Assembly: GCA_965215275.1 (NCBI GenBank)
Contig: OZ244044.1
Span: 1,408,001-1,472,000 of the forward strand
Direction of reading: 5' to 3'
Source of the DNA: Thermodesulfobacteriota bacterium
GTDB taxonomy: Bacteria; Desulfobacterota_D; UBA1144; Nemesobacterales; JAJCZQ01
DNA length: 64,000 nucleotides
This document shows, piece by piece, positions 61,158 to 64,000 of this stretch. Position numbers and translations under genes: made by a program. Under the pieces are notes generated by a model. The model had not been told where the DNA came from. It searched no databases and was given only the letters and a program-made list of their open reading frames with translations. The stretch's first letter is position 1, and every line of letters starts with the position of its first letter.

Positions 61158-62279
61158 TTATGGATTATTCAGGAAGCTTTCCAGGTGGTTCTTCATGCTT
61201 GAGTCGGCTAATTTTTTCAGTGCGGCTTTTTCTATCTGCCTGATCCTTTCCCTTGTAAGATTAAACTGCTTACCGATCTCGTCCAGCGTGTACGTGTTTC
61301 TCTCTTCAATACCAAATCGCAGCCTTATTATCTGCTGCTCTCGTTGGTTCAGCAGTTCCAGTGCTTCTTTCAGTTTTTTGGCAAGGGACGCCCTTGCCAA
61401 AACGGAATCAGGTATAACGGCTTCCTTATCTGACACGGAGTCCAGCAAAGTTGTCTTCTCTCCATCGAGCACGGGCGTGTCAAGACTTATAGCGTCATTT
61501 GTGGAATGGAGTATTCTTTTTACCACTTCCACGGAAATACCGGATTCATCTGCGATCTCCTGAGGAGTGGGCTTTCTTTCAGTGGTTTTTGCTATCTTGG
61601 CACTTGTTTTATAAACGCGGTTGGCTTGCTCAAGCAGATACACCGGCACTTTAATGGTTCTTGTCTGTCCTTGAAGTGCCCTTAGGATTGCCTGATGTAT
61701 CCACCATGAGGCGTAGGTGGAAAACTTATAACCTTTAGTATGGTCAAATCTCTCAACTGCTCTCATCAAGCCTAGATTTCCTTCCTGAATAAGGTCTGGC
61801 AGCGGAAGTCCTCTGCTCATGTACCTTCTTGATATCGTTATTACAAGTCTCAGATTAGCTTTAACAAACCTTTGCTTCAAATTTTTAGCCAATTCGTAAA
61901 AGACAAAGGACAGTGCCAAAAGGCTGGTAATTCTTTTATTTAAGACCTTCGTTCTTGCAGTATTTTTTCTGCTCTTGGCTTTTAAAGCCGTTAGCTTGGT
62001 AGAAGCTGTTTTAAGTTCCTGGGCCCTTCGTTCACATTTTTTTATTTTTGCGGAGATGTGGACCTCCTGCTTTGCCGTGAAAAGAGGTTCAACGGACATA
62101 TCTTTAAAGTAAACGTATAGAAGCCTCAGCTGTTCATCGGGATTCCATTCTTCTTTATCTACAAGTTTTGACTTGTCAATACTGCTTTCATCCAGGTTCA
62201 TATCGATTTCACTATCGTTAGTGAAAGATTCGAAATCATTTATTGTTGTAGTATTTTCTTTCATATTACTTGCCTTCAC
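61158..62279 (-). CDS. RNA polymerase sigma70-family factor (RpoD/RpoS-like; start may be ATG 62264)
   Basis: ANLRLV, DLIQEGNLGL, YKFSTYASWWI, TLDEIG..LTRERIRQIE. Confidence 0.92.
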   Translation of the reverse strand: MKASNMKENTTTINDFESFTNDSEIDMNLDESSIDKSKLVDKEEWNPDEQLRLLYVYFKDMSVEPLFTAKQEVHISAKIKKCERRAQELKTASTKLTALKAKSRKNTARTKVLNKRITSLLALSFVFYELAKNLKQRFVKANLRLVITISRRYMSRGLPLPDLIQEGNLGLMRAVERFDHTKGYKFSTYASWWIHQAILRALQGQTRTIKVPVYLLEQANRVYKTSAKIAKTTERKPTPQEIADESGISVEVVKRILHSTNDAISLDTPVLDGEKTTLLDSVSDKEAVIPDSVLARASLAKKLKEALELLNQREQQIIRLRFGIEERNTYTLDEIGKQFNLTRERIRQIEKAALKKLADSSMKNHLESFLNNP

Positions 62280-62425
62280 TTTTATTTTTTTAACTTAATC
62301 AGGACAAACAAAGTCAGCATAAGGGGTCAGTGCACGATAACAACGGCTTCTGACAGAAATAACTTTCTCTGTAAACTGCTTAAGCAGGGATGATCTGGTC
62401 TTGATACAACCTTTATAAGCTCAGT

Positions 62426-63037
62426 TTATTTCGCAGCTTTATAGTTGTTCGCAACCCTGCTCCAGTTTACTACGTTCCACCATGCCTTAATGTAGTCAGG
62501 TCTTCTGTTCTGATAATTAAGGTAGTAGGCGTGCTCCCATACGTCTAGTCCCAGTATCGGTTTTAATCCTTCCGATAAAGGATTGTCCTGATTAGGAGTT
62601 GACGTAATAATCAGATCGTTATTGCTGTTAACACAAAGCCAGGCCCACCCACTGCCAAAACGAGTTGCCGCGGCTTTAGAGAACTCCTCCTTAAAATTAT
62701 CAAAATTTCCAAACGCACCGGTTATTTCATCAGACAGCTCTCCCTGTGGTTCACTGTCGCCTCCTGGCTCCATACACGGCCAAAAAAGACTGTGATTTGC
62801 ATGTCCTCCTCCGTTGTTCCTTACAGCGGTTCTGATGTCCTCGGGAACGGAGTTCAGGTCTGAGATCAAACTTTCCAGTGGTCTTTCCTGAACCTCTGAA
62901 TAGTTTTCCAATGCTTTGTTCAGATTATTAACGTATCCCTGATGATGCTTAGAGTAATGAATTTCCATAGTCCGGGCATCAATGTACGGTTCCAGTGCAT
63001 TATAGTCATAAGGTAAATCAGGCAGCTTGTGTGGCAT
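62426..63037 (-). CDS. sodA: Mn/Fe superoxide dismutase
   Basis: [35 protein letters not shown] residues suggest the Mn type. Confidence 0.9.
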   Translation of the reverse strand: MPHKLPDLPYDYNALEPYIDARTMEIHYSKHHQGYVNNLNKALENYSEVQERPLESLISDLNSVPEDIRTAVRNNGGGHANHSLFWPCMEPGGDSEPQGELSDEITGAFGNFDNFKEEFSKAAATRFGSGWAWLCVNSNNDLIITSTPNQDNPLSEGLKPILGLDVWEHAYYLNYQNRRPDYIKAWWNVVNWSRVANNYKAAK

Positions 63038-63195
63038 AAATTTACTCCTCCAGTTAAATATTCCTATTTCTCTAACATACAGGTTTTAACAAATTATATT
63101 TCATTGTTCAAGCTATTATTAAATTAGTGCAGATACTGTATGTTGTAGTCAAGGGTCTGTTATTCGTCTGTTTACTTCTATTCACATCCATTTCC

Positions 63196-63209
63196 ACTAT
63201 ATAATTCCC
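63196..63209 (+). mobile_element. Solo 14-bp match to the terminus of the TIR element
   Basis: ACTATATAATTCCC is identical to 34769-34782; lies in an AT-rich intergenic region. Confidence 0.4.
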
Positions 63210-63427
63210 TAATTCTTTATTTGTTTATTCTCTTTAATTTGTAGTATGTTCCATTTCTGCCCATATTTCCTGTTTAACCTGTTTTAATAGAACTAATCCC
63301 TTCTGATATTGTAATCTATTATTGAATTATGTAAAGAGTGAATATGGAATAAAGCCCAAATAATCTTTGCTCTTCAAGTTATTTGATAAGTCAAGTAGAT
63401 TAAAAAGGTGATTTTTAAAAGGAACTT

Positions 63428-64000
63428 ATGAACAAGATAATAGAATTAAAGGACGTTCACAAATCCTTTGGTGAAAAGGTGGTACATCGGGGAATTGACC
63501 TTGATATATACGAAGGGGAAAAAATAACCGTTCTAGGTGGCAGCGGAACGGGCAAAAGCGTGCTTTTAAAATTAATAATAGGTTTTCTCAAGCCGGACCA
63601 TGGCACGGTCACCGTCATGGGAAAAGATGTAACTGCCATTACATATGACGAACTGCTGTCGATAAGAAAAGGCATAGGTATGCTCTTTCAAAGTTCTGCA
63701 CTCTTTGATTCACTAACGGTATGGGAGAACGTTGCATATGCTTTATCCAATGGTTCTGATCTTTCCACTGACGAGATGGATAAGGTGGTAAAGGAAAAAC
63801 TTTCACTGGTCGGACTATCGAAAGTGGAGAGTAAAATGCCAGCGGATCTGAGTGGTGGGATGAAAAAAAGAGTTGCACTGGCAAGAGCTCTTGCAACCAC
63901 TCCCAGGATACTTCTTTATGATGAACCTACGACTGGATTAGACCCTCCCAATATAAACCGGATCAATGGTCTTATAAGGCACATGAACGAACAGTTCAAA
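63428..64000 (+). CDS. mlaF: MlaF-like ABC ATP-binding protein (runs off the window)
   Basis: Manual translation MNKIIELKDVHKSFG...GGSGTGKSVLLK...LFQSSALFDSLTV...LSGGMKKRVALARA...YDEPTTGLDP. Confidence 0.85.
   Translation, partial: MNKIIELKDVHKSFGEKVVHRGIDLDIYEGEKITVLGGSGTGKSVLLKLIIGFLKPDHGTVTVMGKDVTAITYDELLSIRKGIGMLFQSSALFDSLTVWENVAYALSNGSDLSTDEMDKVVKEKLSLVGLSKVESKMPADLSGGMKKRVALARALATTPRILLYDEPTTGLDPPNINRINGLIRHMNEQFK

Noticed and set aside
542..63900. Numerous short antisense or nested ORFs in the track (for example 1176-1637, 14700-15347, 57094-57717, 63457-63900)
   Set aside because: Shadows of well-supported genes on the other strand or frame, with no motifs of their own.

Overview
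Bacterial chromosomal window of mostly housekeeping genes: trhO, moeB, efp, gmhA, mutL, degP, aroK, ribE, lspA, cobB, nuoABCD and nuoI, queF, argH, ino1, rpsI/rplM, gltX, bolA/grxD, a sigma70 factor, sod, mlaE/mlaF, and tRNA-Gln and tRNA-Glu. The gene content suggests a deltaproteobacteria-like Gram-negative organism (inference only). It carries a complete compact type II-C CRISPR-Cas9 locus: a 21-repeat array, cas2, cas1, a 1063-aa cas9 and a tracrRNA. The most unusual object is a 1319-bp element (33464-34782) whose only gene is a TnpB with intact RuvC catalytic residues. It is bounded by 25-bp terminal inverted repeats and an 8-bp target-site duplication. These are IS1595-like DDE-transposon ends rather than IS200/IS605 ends. 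The element holds an omegaRNA-like pseudoknotted scaffold whose putative guide lies inside the element and resembles the TIR itself. Other highlights are an unannotated 42-aa CxC-rich metallothionein-like gene, a tandem triplication of sulfotransferase genes with homopolymer-linked frameshifts, and a stand-alone tandem-Cache lipoprotein. All calls come from reading motifs by eye; no database searches were run.
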